The position numbers and the translations under genes are program-made. DNA of 64,000 nucleotides from an uncultured Methanosarcinaceae archaeon. GTDB lineage: Archaea > Halobacteriota > Methanosarcinia > Methanosarcinales > Methanosarcinaceae. The notes under the pieces are model-generated. The model searched no databases and was not told the origin of the DNA. It saw nothing but the letters and a program-made list of their open reading frames with translations. Location: assembly GCA_963847185.1 (NCBI GenBank), contig CAWJYV010000008.1, positions 448,001 to 512,000 on the forward strand, read 5' to 3'. Position 1 is the stretch's first letter. Each line of letters begins with the position of its first letter. Of this stretch, positions 12,033-21,630 are shown one piece after another.

Positions 12033-12294
12033 TGCGGGAAAAGTCCGAAAGTTTTGTAATCTCTCTTTCTGTTATCCAACTTTTTCAATATTTATCTATA
12101 ACAGAGATTGAACGATTCTTCTTCCTCTTTCTCTTCTTCTTTTTTTATTGTGCTTTTTTTCCATTCTTTTTTGAAAGACCTCTTTCTTTTTCTATGGTAA
12201 GTTTTATTGTCCCCAAACATTAATATTACTGAAAAACAAATTATCTGTTAACCAACTCTTTTATATTCGTGGTCAAGTGAAAAAAACATATATA

Positions 12295-12323
12295 GTAATA
12301 CTTACAATATCCTAAAGTATTAT
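12295..12323. promoter_or_regulatory. Candidate NikR operator (inverted repeat) directly downstream of the nikR TATA box
   Basis: GTAATACTT-N11-AAGTATTAT palindrome immediately after TATATA at 12289-12294. Confidence 0.55.
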
Positions 12324-12357
12324 CTTATAGATAAATCTTAGATTACCTGGTGATACG

Positions 12358-12780
12358 ATGGAAACAGAATTGATGAGGATAGGGGTTTCCCTTCCCGATA
12401 CCCTTCTGGGTAAATTTGATGAAATTATTGAAAAAAGAGGTTATTCTTCCCGTTCGGAAGGAATAAGGGACGCCATCAGGAGTTATATTTCTTATTACGA
12501 ATGGATGGGCGATATTAAAGGCCATCGTGTCGGAACCGTTGCAGTTATTTACGACCACACAAAAAGGGGTCTTTCAAATGCGCTTGCTGATATCCAGCAC
12601 CATTACTCTCACCTTATAAAATCCTCCGTTCATATACACCTTGATCATGACAACTGTTTTGAGGTAATCGTTCTGGATGGAGATGGCGAAGAAATTAAAG
12701 AACTTGCAGAAGCCATAATGGCTCTCAAAGGAGTAAAATTCTCAAAGCTTACAACTGTAGCATCAAACGAAAAGATGTAA
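12358..12780 (+). CDS. nikR: Nickel-responsive regulator NikR
   Basis: RIGVSL ribbon-helix-helix, [23 protein letters not shown] Ni site. Confidence 0.95.
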   Translation: METELMRIGVSLPDTLLGKFDEIIEKRGYSSRSEGIRDAIRSYISYYEWMGDIKGHRVGTVAVIYDHTKRGLSNALADIQHHYSHLIKSSVHIHLDHDNCFEVIVLDGDGEEIKELAEAIMALKGVKFSKLTTVASNEKM

Positions 12781-12869
12781 AATTCCGTATATAAGGATGA
12801 GAACTAACTTCGGCGTATTGGAGAAGTCAAACTTAATATGGTGAAGAGACGTCTCTCAAATTATCCAAT

Positions 12870-13235
12870 TTAACTTTTTTCAAAATGTTTTTCAATGTGC
12901 TTCAGAAGAAGACTCCCGAATTCAGTGAGTTCGTAGATCTGGAAGCTTTTTTCTCTTCGGGAGTCCACCAGGCCTCCTTCCTTTAAAAGCTTAAGGTGAT
13001 AGGAAAGGGCTGAATGCTTCTGATCCGTAGCCTCTACAAGGACACAGACACAGAGACTCTGTACTTCGAGAGCTCTTAGAATTCTCAGACGAGTAGGATC
13101 TGCAAGCACCCTGAAAAGGCCAACGATTTCCTCAACATCTTCATTTATTGCCGTATGAACCGCTTCAAGCACATCTTCCGGCAGGGTGTAAGCATCCCTT
13201 ATTTCAATTATCTTTTTCTCTGACATTTTTTCCAC
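12870..13235 (-). CDS. ArsR/SmtB family transcriptional regulator
   Basis: LADPTRLRIL, LCVCVL, LSYHLKLLKEGGLV motifs. Confidence 0.9.
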   Translation of the reverse strand: MEKMSEKKIIEIRDAYTLPEDVLEAVHTAINEDVEEIVGLFRVLADPTRLRILRALEVQSLCVCVLVEATDQKHSALSYHLKLLKEGGLVDSRREKSFQIYELTEFGSLLLKHIEKHFEKS

Positions 13236-13328
13236 TTGGAGATTAATCAGGGTAAAGCATACTTTATTGTTTTAATTTCTTGCGTTTAAATAGTGGATTT
13301 CTCTTAGTATATCTTTCGATTAAAGTTT

Positions 13329-15095
13329 TTATCCTTTTAAAGAATCCTTATTTGTACAAAGCACTTCTTTCCACCTGAGCCCGAGTTCCGAGAGCGCAAG
13401 ACCGCCTCCAATCAGAGTAATTGAATTTTTTATAATGTGATCAAGCACGGCAACTGTAAACCCAATTTCCGGTTTGATTCCTCCAAGCCCGAAGACTGCA
13501 GTAAGGGCAACTTCATAGGTTCCTATGGCGCCTGGAGTTATAGGAAAAGTCTTTGCTATATTTCCAATAGCTACGGCCAGGAAAATAAGGGAGATCATGT
13601 AGGTGGAGGATAGGTTCACTCCTGCTGTCGGAAAAGCTTTCAGGACCAGAAAACATGTCAGGATGTCCATTCCCCATATAAGAAGGGAAGATGCTGTAAC
13701 TGTCAGAAAAGAGCTTGGTTTTACAGCAACAATACTCATCTGGTGGAGAAAAACAGATGCAAAGTCCTTTATCCTTTCGGAAAGCCCATTGGAAGAGTTA
13801 TTTTTTTGAAAGTTCTCTTTTCGGTTTCTTTTTTTAGTTTGGCCTTCTCTGAAAGAGACCGCAAAAAGAATTGCAAAAAAGATAACTACCGCTATTCCGG
13901 ACAATTTTATCAGAGAATCCATCCAGGAAGCGAGTTCAAAACGAGAAGCTGCACCTGAAGATGCAAGGATTGCAATAGAAGTAATGGCAACTATATCAAA
14001 AACCCTTTCTACAGTTAGCGAGGAAAGGCTTGTCGTTAACGCAAGATCTTTGCGCTTTTTCAGGATATACATCCTGCTCAGATCCCCTATACGAGCCGGA
14101 AGAATTACATTTGCAGATTGGCTTATAAAAATACTGCCTGTAAGGAATCCGAGCTCGTATTTATTTCCCAGCCTTTTAAGAATTTGCTGAAAACGGATCC
14201 CCCTGAGAGGCCAGGAAACACAGTATACAAGGCAAGCAAGAGACAGAGTTCGAAAGGACGCGTGCTTTACGTTTTCCAGAATGTCAGAGATGCCAAGAAA
14301 GGTTGCAGCAAACGCAAGGATCAAAACTGCGAGAATAGCTGTCAGAAAGATTTTCCCTTTTCCTGAAATAAATCCAGGTAGAAATCCAGGTAGATAGAGC
14401 TCTCTCCAGAGCCGGAAAATCTCTGACCCCATTCCCTCTACATCTTTCACCAGATTTACCTTGCTCGATCCTCCATGCCTCCAGTAAACAGGAAATTCCA
14501 TAACTCTGTAACCCTTATGCTGTGCTCTTACGAGCAGTTCCGTATCCCAGAACCAGTGCTGGTTTTCTATCTCACCTAAAAGTTCAAAAAGAGGCCCTCT
14601 CCTGAAGGCTTTAAAGCCGCACTGGTGATCATAGAGTTTTGAGCGCAGAAAAAGCCTCACAAGAAAATTATATCCTCTGCTTGCAAACTCCCGCTTAAAA
14701 GGTCTTTTTGCATCACTTTCACTCATCATCCTCGAACCAGTGGCAAAGTCGTAGCCATCCGAGATCACAGCCCTGACCAGTTTTTCCAGATATTTCATAT
14801 CTGTTGCAAGATCTACATCAATATAGCAGAGAACTTCTCCTGAGCTTGCCTTAAAAGCCCTGTTAAGGGCTCTTCCCCTTCCCTGCCGTTCATTCGAATG
14901 CAGATAAATCACATAAGTGCACTGCTTAGAGAGCCTTGTAGCTATCCGGTCAGTACCATCCGTACTCCCATCTTCTGCTATAATGATCTCAAATGAATTA
15001 GTTATTTTTGAGAGTGTCTCCGCTGTAGTAAAAACAGCTTTTTCAATATTCGCTGCTTCGTTATAAGCGGGTAGAACCACAGAGACGCTGGTAAT
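13329..15095 (-). CDS. AglD-like GT2 polyprenol-phosphate sugar synthase fused to lysylphosphatidylglycerol-synthase-type flippase domain
   Basis: VVLPAYNE, EDGSTDGT, YIDVDL, DHQCGFKAF, WFWDTELL; C-terminal PARIGDLSR, ERVFD, PITPGAIGTYE. Start is GTG 15080 or ATT 15095. Confidence 0.88.
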   Translation of the reverse strand: MTSVSVVLPAYNEAANIEKAVFTTAETLSKITNSFEIIIAEDGSTDGTDRIATRLSKQCTYVIYLHSNERQGRGRALNRAFKASSGEVLCYIDVDLATDMKYLEKLVRAVISDGYDFATGSRMMSESDAKRPFKREFASRGYNFLVRLFLRSKLYDHQCGFKAFRRGPLFELLGEIENQHWFWDTELLVRAQHKGYRVMEFPVYWRHGGSSKVNLVKDVEGMGSEIFRLWRELYLPGFLPGFISGKGKIFLTAILAVLILAFAATFLGISDILENVKHASFRTLSLACLVYCVSWPLRGIRFQQILKRLGNKYELGFLTGSIFISQSANVILPARIGDLSRMYILKKRKDLALTTSLSSLTVERVFDIVAITSIAILASSGAASRFELASWMDSLIKLSGIAVVIFFAILFAVSFREGQTKKRNRKENFQKNNSSNGLSERIKDFASVFLHQMSIVAVKPSSFLTVTASSLLIWGMDILTCFLVLKAFPTAGVNLSSTYMISLIFLAVAIGNIAKTFPITPGAIGTYEVALTAVFGLGGIKPEIGFTVAVLDHIIKNSITLIGGGLALSELGLRWKEVLCTNKDSLKG

Positions 15096-15199
15096 TGGTA
15101 AAACCTCTTTATTTTGATTTAGTATTGGAGCTAATTTTGCGATTGAATAAATGTATTTCTATACGAATTAGAGTTTTTAATTCCCCCCGAAACAAAAAC

Positions 15200-17527
15200 T
15201 CATAAATCTTTTCTTTTATAAATCTGGACTGAACTCTGGTAGACTAGTTTAAAATATTTTTTGTTTTCGAATTTATCAAGGTTTTCAGGATACATCTGCC
15301 GCTCAAGATTCCCTATATAAACATAGCTTACTTTATATTTATTCATGAGCTCCATAGCTTTTTTTTCACTGCTGGTTGTATAAATAGAACGCACATCTTC
15401 TATCCTTGTTCTTACTTCCGCCTGATCTCTTCCCCAAAACCATTCATGTCTTGTCCAGCCAACAACTGTAGGAAGGCCGGTATTTGCAGAAACTCTTGAT
15501 ATATATGTATAACTGTTGTCCTCTTCAGTAGCTTCAAGAATTACTGGAGTACCCTCAATATTTTCCTGTATCCATTTTATGGCGTTATAATCTCCTCTAT
15601 CCAGTTTTTTCATATATTCCATACCGTCAAGAGCAGGTTCGGCTTTCATATCTTCTATTCTCGTATAAGTTGAAGCTACTGGAAAAACGGCACAGGAAAT
15701 AACCAGTAACATAAGCGAAAATGTCCAGATCTTTTTTCCATAAGCCTCTTTCAAAAACAGATGATTTACATTCCCGTCCTTATTGCGTGAATTCAGGTAA
15801 TAGCATGAATAAGAGGCTGCAATCGCCAGAAAGATCCATAAATGCATATAAAATTTAAAAACCGTATTCATACGGGCAAAATTCCCCTCAATTGGATCGT
15901 CGAGATGAATAATTTCACATAGGAGAGCTATAAAAGTAGCTATAGCTATAAGAAGGGATATAAATCCTGCAGGACTTCTTTCAGGCAGGTCTTTCAGGAA
16001 TGAAAAAAAGGAGAGAACAAGCAGAGGAAAAAGAACTGCAAGCAGGGGAATAGTCCATTCAGAGGAGATTAGCACTGAAATTCCGGCCCAGAGAGCGAAG
16101 TATACTGCTTTTCTTTCGGATTTCAGATGGGTAGTAAGAAAAGAGAAAATCACAAACAGAAAAAGACCGAACAAAATCAGGAATTGTTCAATTGTCGTTC
16201 GACTTCCGGACTCAACAAAAGCAAATCCTCCTGCTGCCTGCGGGTTGAAGGATAGGTAAAAGGGCAGGTATAGAAGAAGACTGAAAATAGAAACCAGAGT
16301 AATCGATCTGGAAAATCCGGCAATGAAACCTGATAACTTATTATCACTGATGTAGTGTCCGTAATAAAAAACAAGGATAATCAAAAATGTCAGGCCTAAA
16401 TATACTGGGAAATCCCAGGAATTGGAAGGGAATAAAAAACCAAGAGATACTGAAAAGATAATTAATCCCGGAAGATTTTCAAATAATCTGTTCTCGCTTT
16501 TCTTTAAATAAATATTCAGAAGGAAAGTAAGCACCAGAAGCTGGAAGGGGATTGCAAGCATGTGAGAATGCAGATCCCCATGTATAAAACTGAAATAAGG
16601 GAATTCATTTATTGTATAGGGAATGACTCTTGAACTGCTCCAGTAGTATCCCATTTGAACAGGTACCCTGAGTATATAGAGGGAAACAAGTTCTTTAAGT
16701 CCCTGAATATTCCCGAGTAGAGCCCCTGATACTGCAGTTATTATTCCATATTTTATTTTTCCGTTTGTAAGGTTGTACCCAATACCGAAAAGGAGACTGA
16801 GGGACAGAGCAAAGGTAAGTGCAACTGCCAGATTAAAGAGTATTGAAGGCTCGACTGAACAGAGTTTTCCTAAAACTCCCACTGAAAGGTATCCAAAATA
16901 GTAATAGAAATCCAGAACACCTCCTGAAAACCAGGGATCTGCCGGCGGGAATGAAGAAGTTCTCATTACCGCGTTCAAAAAAGCAAAATCCATAAATTTT
17001 TCATGTCTGTAAATCTCGGGGAGATATATACGCACAAGCAGGAAAAAGAAGAAGCTTCCGGTAAATACAAGCTCATTCACAAGAAGAATCTTTTTTGTTG
17101 GGAAATTTCTCTGTTTCTTATACAAGCTCACGGATGCAAGGCTAAGAACAATTACCGAAGTCAAGATCGTGCTTCTGCTAAAGTTCCACAGGTACGACAA
17201 AATCCAGGAAATATATGTAACAAGCACTATCCCTAGAGTCCGGGTTGCAGAATACCCCCTGTCAGTCAGTTTGTTTCCAGCTGTCCAGGCGAATGGTATG
17301 GAAACCAGACCCAAAAATTCGATGAGAATGAACCACAAAATTACATGAAGATAATCTGACACTGTTCTCTTTCCTGCAAAATGGATTGTCCAATGTGTAC
17401 TCTCTAAAGCCCACTCTCTTAAGGTGAACTCTCTATGCATGTTTCCATATGGAACCCTGCTTCTCCAATCACTCCGAGTAATCATCAGAGTCTTTAGAAT
17501 ATTTTCAAGCCCATTGAAGGCTTTCAA
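15200..17527 (-). CDS. DUF2298 / Chlor_Arch_YYY polytopic membrane protein (GT-C-like)
   Basis: EKFMDFAF, PPADPWF, FYYYFG, YTINEFPYFSF, GDLHSH, NSWDFP, RMNTVFKFY, TGLPTVVGW. Start position uncertain. Confidence 0.85.
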   Translation of the reverse strand: MKAFNGLENILKTLMITRSDWRSRVPYGNMHREFTLREWALESTHWTIHFAGKRTVSDYLHVILWFILIEFLGLVSIPFAWTAGNKLTDRGYSATRTLGIVLVTYISWILSYLWNFSRSTILTSVIVLSLASVSLYKKQRNFPTKKILLVNELVFTGSFFFFLLVRIYLPEIYRHEKFMDFAFLNAVMRTSSFPPADPWFSGGVLDFYYYFGYLSVGVLGKLCSVEPSILFNLAVALTFALSLSLLFGIGYNLTNGKIKYGIITAVSGALLGNIQGLKELVSLYILRVPVQMGYYWSSSRVIPYTINEFPYFSFIHGDLHSHMLAIPFQLLVLTFLLNIYLKKSENRLFENLPGLIIFSVSLGFLFPSNSWDFPVYLGLTFLIILVFYYGHYISDNKLSGFIAGFSRSITLVSIFSLLLYLPFYLSFNPQAAGGFAFVESGSRTTIEQFLILFGLFLFVIFSFLTTHLKSERKAVYFALWAGISVLISSEWTIPLLAVLFPLLVLSFFSFLKDLPERSPAGFISLLIAIATFIALLCEIIHLDDPIEGNFARMNTVFKFYMHLWIFLAIAASYSCYYLNSRNKDGNVNHLFLKEAYGKKIWTFSLMLLVISCAVFPVASTYTRIEDMKAEPALDGMEYMKKLDRGDYNAIKWIQENIEGTPVILEATEEDNSYTYISRVSANTGLPTVVGWTRHEWFWGRDQAEVRTRIEDVRSIYTTSSEKKAMELMNKYKVSYVYIGNLERQMYPENLDKFENKKYFKLVYQSSVQIYKRKDL

Positions 17528-17738
17528 TAATCGGCATTCCTGTTACCCCACTTCCCTAATTCTGCCTTTTCCTGATAGAAATACCGATGATAGATATTTT
17601 GTAAATGGGTTTATATTTCTATCGTATTCGAAAGCGTTTTCTTTAGGACGTTTTCTTTTTTTACTGACTTTTGAATCATTATTGCCAAGCCATTAGCCCT
17701 TGTTATCTTAAAATACATCTTTGCAAATACTGGTAGAT

Positions 17739-19169
17739 ATGAAAATGCAGATTAACGGAAAAGCTGTGGATGCATGCAGCGGCGAGTTTTTTGATATTAT
17801 AAATCCGGCAACAGGAGAGATTATTGATCGGGTTCCCAGGGGTGTAGGAGATGATGCGGCAATTGCGGTTGAAGCTGCATCATCAGCTTTTGAAGGCTGG
17901 GCTTCCCTGGCTCCGCAGCAAAGAGCCAGGTTTCTCTACAGGGCTTCAGAGATTGTAAGACAGAGAAAGGATGGACTTGCTGCCCTGCTTACGCAGGAGC
18001 AAGGAAAGCCCTTTTTCGAGGCTAAAAACGAAATAGAGGGTTTTGCAAATGTCCTTGAATATTACTGCGGGATTTCAGGCAGTTTTCGGGGAGATTTCGT
18101 TCAGATTCCGCAGAATGGATATGCATTTACTGTAAAAAAACCTCTTGGAGCCTGTGCAGCCATAATTCCATGGAATATGCCTGCTCTCATAATGGCCTGG
18201 AAGATAGGCCCTGCTCTGATTTCAGGAAATACGCTTGTACTGAAACCGGCAAGCAACACTCCTCTTACAAATCTTACTCTTGCTTCCATCCTGAACGAAG
18301 CAGGCCTTCCGGCAGGTGTGCTCAATGTAGTTACAGGGCCCGGAGAGCTTGTGGGGGAAGCTCTGGTTGATAACTCGAATATCAAAAAAATATCTTTTAC
18401 TGGAGAGTCTGGGACAGGAAAACGCGTAGCTAAGCTTGCAGCAGAAGGCATGAAAAGAGTAACTCTGGAACTGGGAGGAAGTGATCCAATGCTTGTCTGT
18501 GATGACGCAGATCTTGAAAGTGCAGTTGCAGGCGCTCTCAGAGGAAGATTTTACAATTGTGGCCAGGCCTGTACTGCTGTCAAAAGATTATACGTTTTTG
18601 AATCTATTGCCGAAGAATTCATAAAAAAGCTTGAAGCTGCCATCAGGAAATTAAGGGTCGGAAATGGGATGCATGAGAATATCGATATGGGCCCGCTTAA
18701 CAACCGTAGACAATGGGAATACGTAAGAGAACTTGTAGCCGAAGCGGAAGAAAAAGACGAAGGGAGGGTAGTTACCGGAGGCAGAGTTCCTGCAAACAAC
18801 AGCTCCAGCAAAGGATATTTCTTTGAACCCACTCTTGTTGCAGACGTCTCTGGAGAATCCAGACTTTTGAAAGAAGAAGTATTCGGCCCGGTTTTGCCTG
18901 TAATCAGGGTGAAAGATCTTGATGAGGCAATTTCGGAAGCAAATAACAGCATTTATGGGCTTGGGGCATCCATATGGACAAAGAATTTGGACCGGGCTCG
19001 GCTTGGGTGTGAGCAGTTGAATGCAGGGATTATATGGGTAAACCAGCACCTCAAAGTAGCCCCTGAAGTTCCTTTTGGAGGGACAAAAGAGAGCGGATTC
19101 GGAAGAGAAAATGGGCCGGATTCCCTTTCCGAATACCTTGATCTAAAAACAATTATGTTAAAAACCTGA
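17739..19169 (+). CDS. NAD(P)-dependent aldehyde dehydrogenase
   Basis: IIPWNMP, SFTG, LELGGSD, GQACTA, EEVFGPV, PFGGTKESGFGRE. Confidence 0.93.
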   Translation: MKMQINGKAVDACSGEFFDIINPATGEIIDRVPRGVGDDAAIAVEAASSAFEGWASLAPQQRARFLYRASEIVRQRKDGLAALLTQEQGKPFFEAKNEIEGFANVLEYYCGISGSFRGDFVQIPQNGYAFTVKKPLGACAAIIPWNMPALIMAWKIGPALISGNTLVLKPASNTPLTNLTLASILNEAGLPAGVLNVVTGPGELVGEALVDNSNIKKISFTGESGTGKRVAKLAAEGMKRVTLELGGSDPMLVCDDADLESAVAGALRGRFYNCGQACTAVKRLYVFESIAEEFIKKLEAAIRKLRVGNGMHENIDMGPLNNRRQWEYVRELVAEAEEKDEGRVVTGGRVPANNSSSKGYFFEPTLVADVSGESRLLKEEVFGPVLPVIRVKDLDEAISEANNSIYGLGASIWTKNLDRARLGCEQLNAGIIWVNQHLKVAPEVPFGGTKESGFGRENGPDSLSEYLDLKTIMLKT

Positions 19170-19290
19170 ATATACTGCGTGAAAATAGAATCAATAAATC
19201 CTGAAAGAACAATAAATAAAGGCTTTCGATGAGCGAGTAAAGTACAGCTCATCGAGCTATTTTTCTGTAAAATAGTCGTAAACCAAAAAG

Positions 19291-19560
19291 TTACTTTTTA
19301 TATTTGGGCAGAAGCTGCATGAATTCGGAGGCTTCCATAACGGGCACGCTGTCAATTATACACACATCTGACCATGGCAGGTTAAAAGCTCCGTAAGCTT
19401 CAGCACTTTCCGCTTCATACAGGATATAAAAGCGGTTTCCGGAAAGGTCAATCCATTGATTTATGACATCGATTCCTTCTGGAATCTCCAGCTTCTTAAA
19501 ATGTTCAAGGATCTTATCGCGGTTCGAAGGGTCCCAGGTACTAACGTCCATGAATAACAT
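19291..19560 (-). CDS. DUF3303-like small protein
   Basis: MLFMDVSTWDP...WIDLSGNRFYILYEAES...PWSD..IDSVPVME; GGAGTGG RBS. Confidence 0.75.
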   Translation of the reverse strand: MLFMDVSTWDPSNRDKILEHFKKLEIPEGIDVINQWIDLSGNRFYILYEAESAEAYGAFNLPWSDVCIIDSVPVMEASEFMQLLPKYKK

Positions 19561-19965
19561 CTTTTACCACTCCTGTTACTTGTACGCTGCCAATACCCCT
19601 TCCCGGAAACCCAGGCAGCTTTTTTACAGCATCCGGGATTTTTGAGAGTTCAGACTCAATGAAAACACGTTTTTTCCGTATGTCACTCCGGTATTTGCGG
19701 ACTGATATGTAAACCCCCAAAAGCCGATTAACGGCAGAAGTCCAGATTTTTAGTTCTCTCTGTCTTCCTCTTATTTATCATTGTCAAAATCCCCATCAAT
19801 AATAAATAGGAAAGACAGGTAATCATGCAGAAAGAAGTTCTGCATATATAAAACAGTATATTATTTTCCCTTTGACTATATAATGGTTCGTCCTAGGAGA
19901 TTTCTTAAGTCAAGGGTCTCTTCTCTACATACAAAAACTTCAATAAATTTTCAGGATCAGTCCTC

Positions 19966-21300
19966 TCAATCAAGCCAGCAGGTTTCACAATCTCCGTCTT
20001 TTTTTATGAAGAAATTTGCGGTTTCGAACCCTGCTTTTATAGAACCATTCATACTTCTTTCAGGATAGTTCGTTGAAGAGAACATCCCTGCAAGGTAAAG
20101 TCCTGACGGGCCAGCTTCAAACGGAAGAACCTTTTCGAGATACCCCTGTTCATAAACGGGTGCAGTATCCATTCTGCGGAATAACTTTGCCCAGTGAATA
20201 TCTTTCCTTGAAAAATCAGGAAACATCTTTTCCAGACCCTGTAGGTATGAATCAAGGACTTCTTCTTCCGTTTGAGTCCAGAGAATATCCTTTTCGTCCT
20301 GAAAGTAAGAAGTTAAATAAATGAGATGTTCCCCGTAGTCCTCAAAAGGCATGAAATTAGTATGCTCAATTACGGCTCCAAATGGCACATCAGCTTTTAT
20401 GTTCAGCCAATAATTTCCGTCCTTCATAAGCTTCTTATCAAGCCCGATAAGGGCGCATGCCGTTCCTTGATAATGGATTTCTTGAAGAATTTCGTGGATG
20501 GTTCCAAGTTTTCCTTTAGTGAGTGTACCCAGTACTCTGGGCTCAACCGTTGAAATCACTGCATCACAGGCTATGAAGTTACCATCAACAATAACTCCCT
20601 GCACCTTATTGTCATCAATTATAATTTCGGTAACCTCCTTACTTTTCAAAATTTTGCCCCCTTTTGCAATTATTTCCCCTGCAATAGCTTCTATTAGAGA
20701 ATTAAACCCGCCTTTCATGTATCCCAATTTTTCTCCATCTGCTCCCCTGTCAGATCTTATTTTTACACGTCCGATAAGCCAGGCCGCAGAAACATTTTCA
20801 GCATTGTTTCCAAATTTGCTTTTCATGAGAGGAGCAAAAAAGTTTTCGTATACCGATTTTCCTGCAGTGTCAAGGATCCAGTCTTTTGCCTTTATTTTGT
20901 CATAAGAAGTTGTATCGTTTATTAGCTTAATTCTGAAAACCATCAGACCAAGTTTAATCAGATCAGTGAAAGAAAGAGGATTAAAGTGCAAAATTTCAAA
21001 AGGAGTATTCATAGGGTAGTTTTTCCCGTCCACAAAATAAGCGTTTCCACCTTTAAGCCAGAGCATCTGATTTTCAAGTCCCAATTCTCTTATCAAGGCA
21101 AGAAGTTCCGAATCGCTCCTGAATATATGATGGTAATATTTTTCTATGAAATATTTTTTCCCGGCATAACTCTGACAATAACTTGCAGCCATCCCTCCGA
21201 TTTCTGCATCTTTCTCAAAAATAACAATTTCATTCGATTTGCAGAGTTTATATCCTGCCGACAGGCCTGCAAGCCCACTTCCTATTATTACAATTTTCAT
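19966..21300 (-). CDS. FAD-dependent oxidoreductase (protoporphyrinogen oxidase / amine oxidase-like)
   Basis: GSGLAGL Rossmann motif, EKYYHHIF, EKLGYMKGGF, VIEHTNF, YPERSMNGS. Confidence 0.88.
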   Translation of the reverse strand: MKIVIIGSGLAGLSAGYKLCKSNEIVIFEKDAEIGGMAASYCQSYAGKKYFIEKYYHHIFRSDSELLALIRELGLENQMLWLKGGNAYFVDGKNYPMNTPFEILHFNPLSFTDLIKLGLMVFRIKLINDTTSYDKIKAKDWILDTAGKSVYENFFAPLMKSKFGNNAENVSAAWLIGRVKIRSDRGADGEKLGYMKGGFNSLIEAIAGEIIAKGGKILKSKEVTEIIIDDNKVQGVIVDGNFIACDAVISTVEPRVLGTLTKGKLGTIHEILQEIHYQGTACALIGLDKKLMKDGNYWLNIKADVPFGAVIEHTNFMPFEDYGEHLIYLTSYFQDEKDILWTQTEEEVLDSYLQGLEKMFPDFSRKDIHWAKLFRRMDTAPVYEQGYLEKVLPFEAGPSGLYLAGMFSSTNYPERSMNGSIKAGFETANFFIKKDGDCETCWLD

Positions 21301-21341
21301 GTATAATTTTTCCCTTTATTTCTGGTCGAGGTTTTAATTCC

Positions 21342-21400
21342 CTTTATTCTAATTTACTTTACAACTTTATTCTAATTTACTTTACAACTTTATTCTAATT
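21342..21400. repeat. 23-bp tandem repeat, about 2.5 copies
   Basis: CTTTATTCTAATTTACTTTACAA x2 plus a partial third copy. Confidence 0.85.
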
Positions 21401-21630
21401 CTTCTTTTTGTAAAATCCTTTGATCCTTGAAAGTGACAACTTCCTAACAATATTTTGTACTTTTATATTATTTTCTTAGAATGAGAATTGTATAACTATG
21501 TCTCCCTTTAAAAACACTGCCACTTATCGATATGCCTCACCGCTATATATACTTTTAATTCAATTATATTAAAGAAATGGATAGATGATTTTGAATATTT
21601 ATCCTGATCTGCAGGCATGAGGGGGAAAAA

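Noticed and set aside
19545-19725. About 59-aa minus-strand ORF overlapping the DUF3303 start
   Set aside because: TTG start without RBS and no family resemblance; the region is better explained as a structured leader.
21342-21400. 23-bp repeats as a mini-CRISPR
   Set aside because: The copies are directly adjacent with no spacers and no cas genes; simple tandem duplication.
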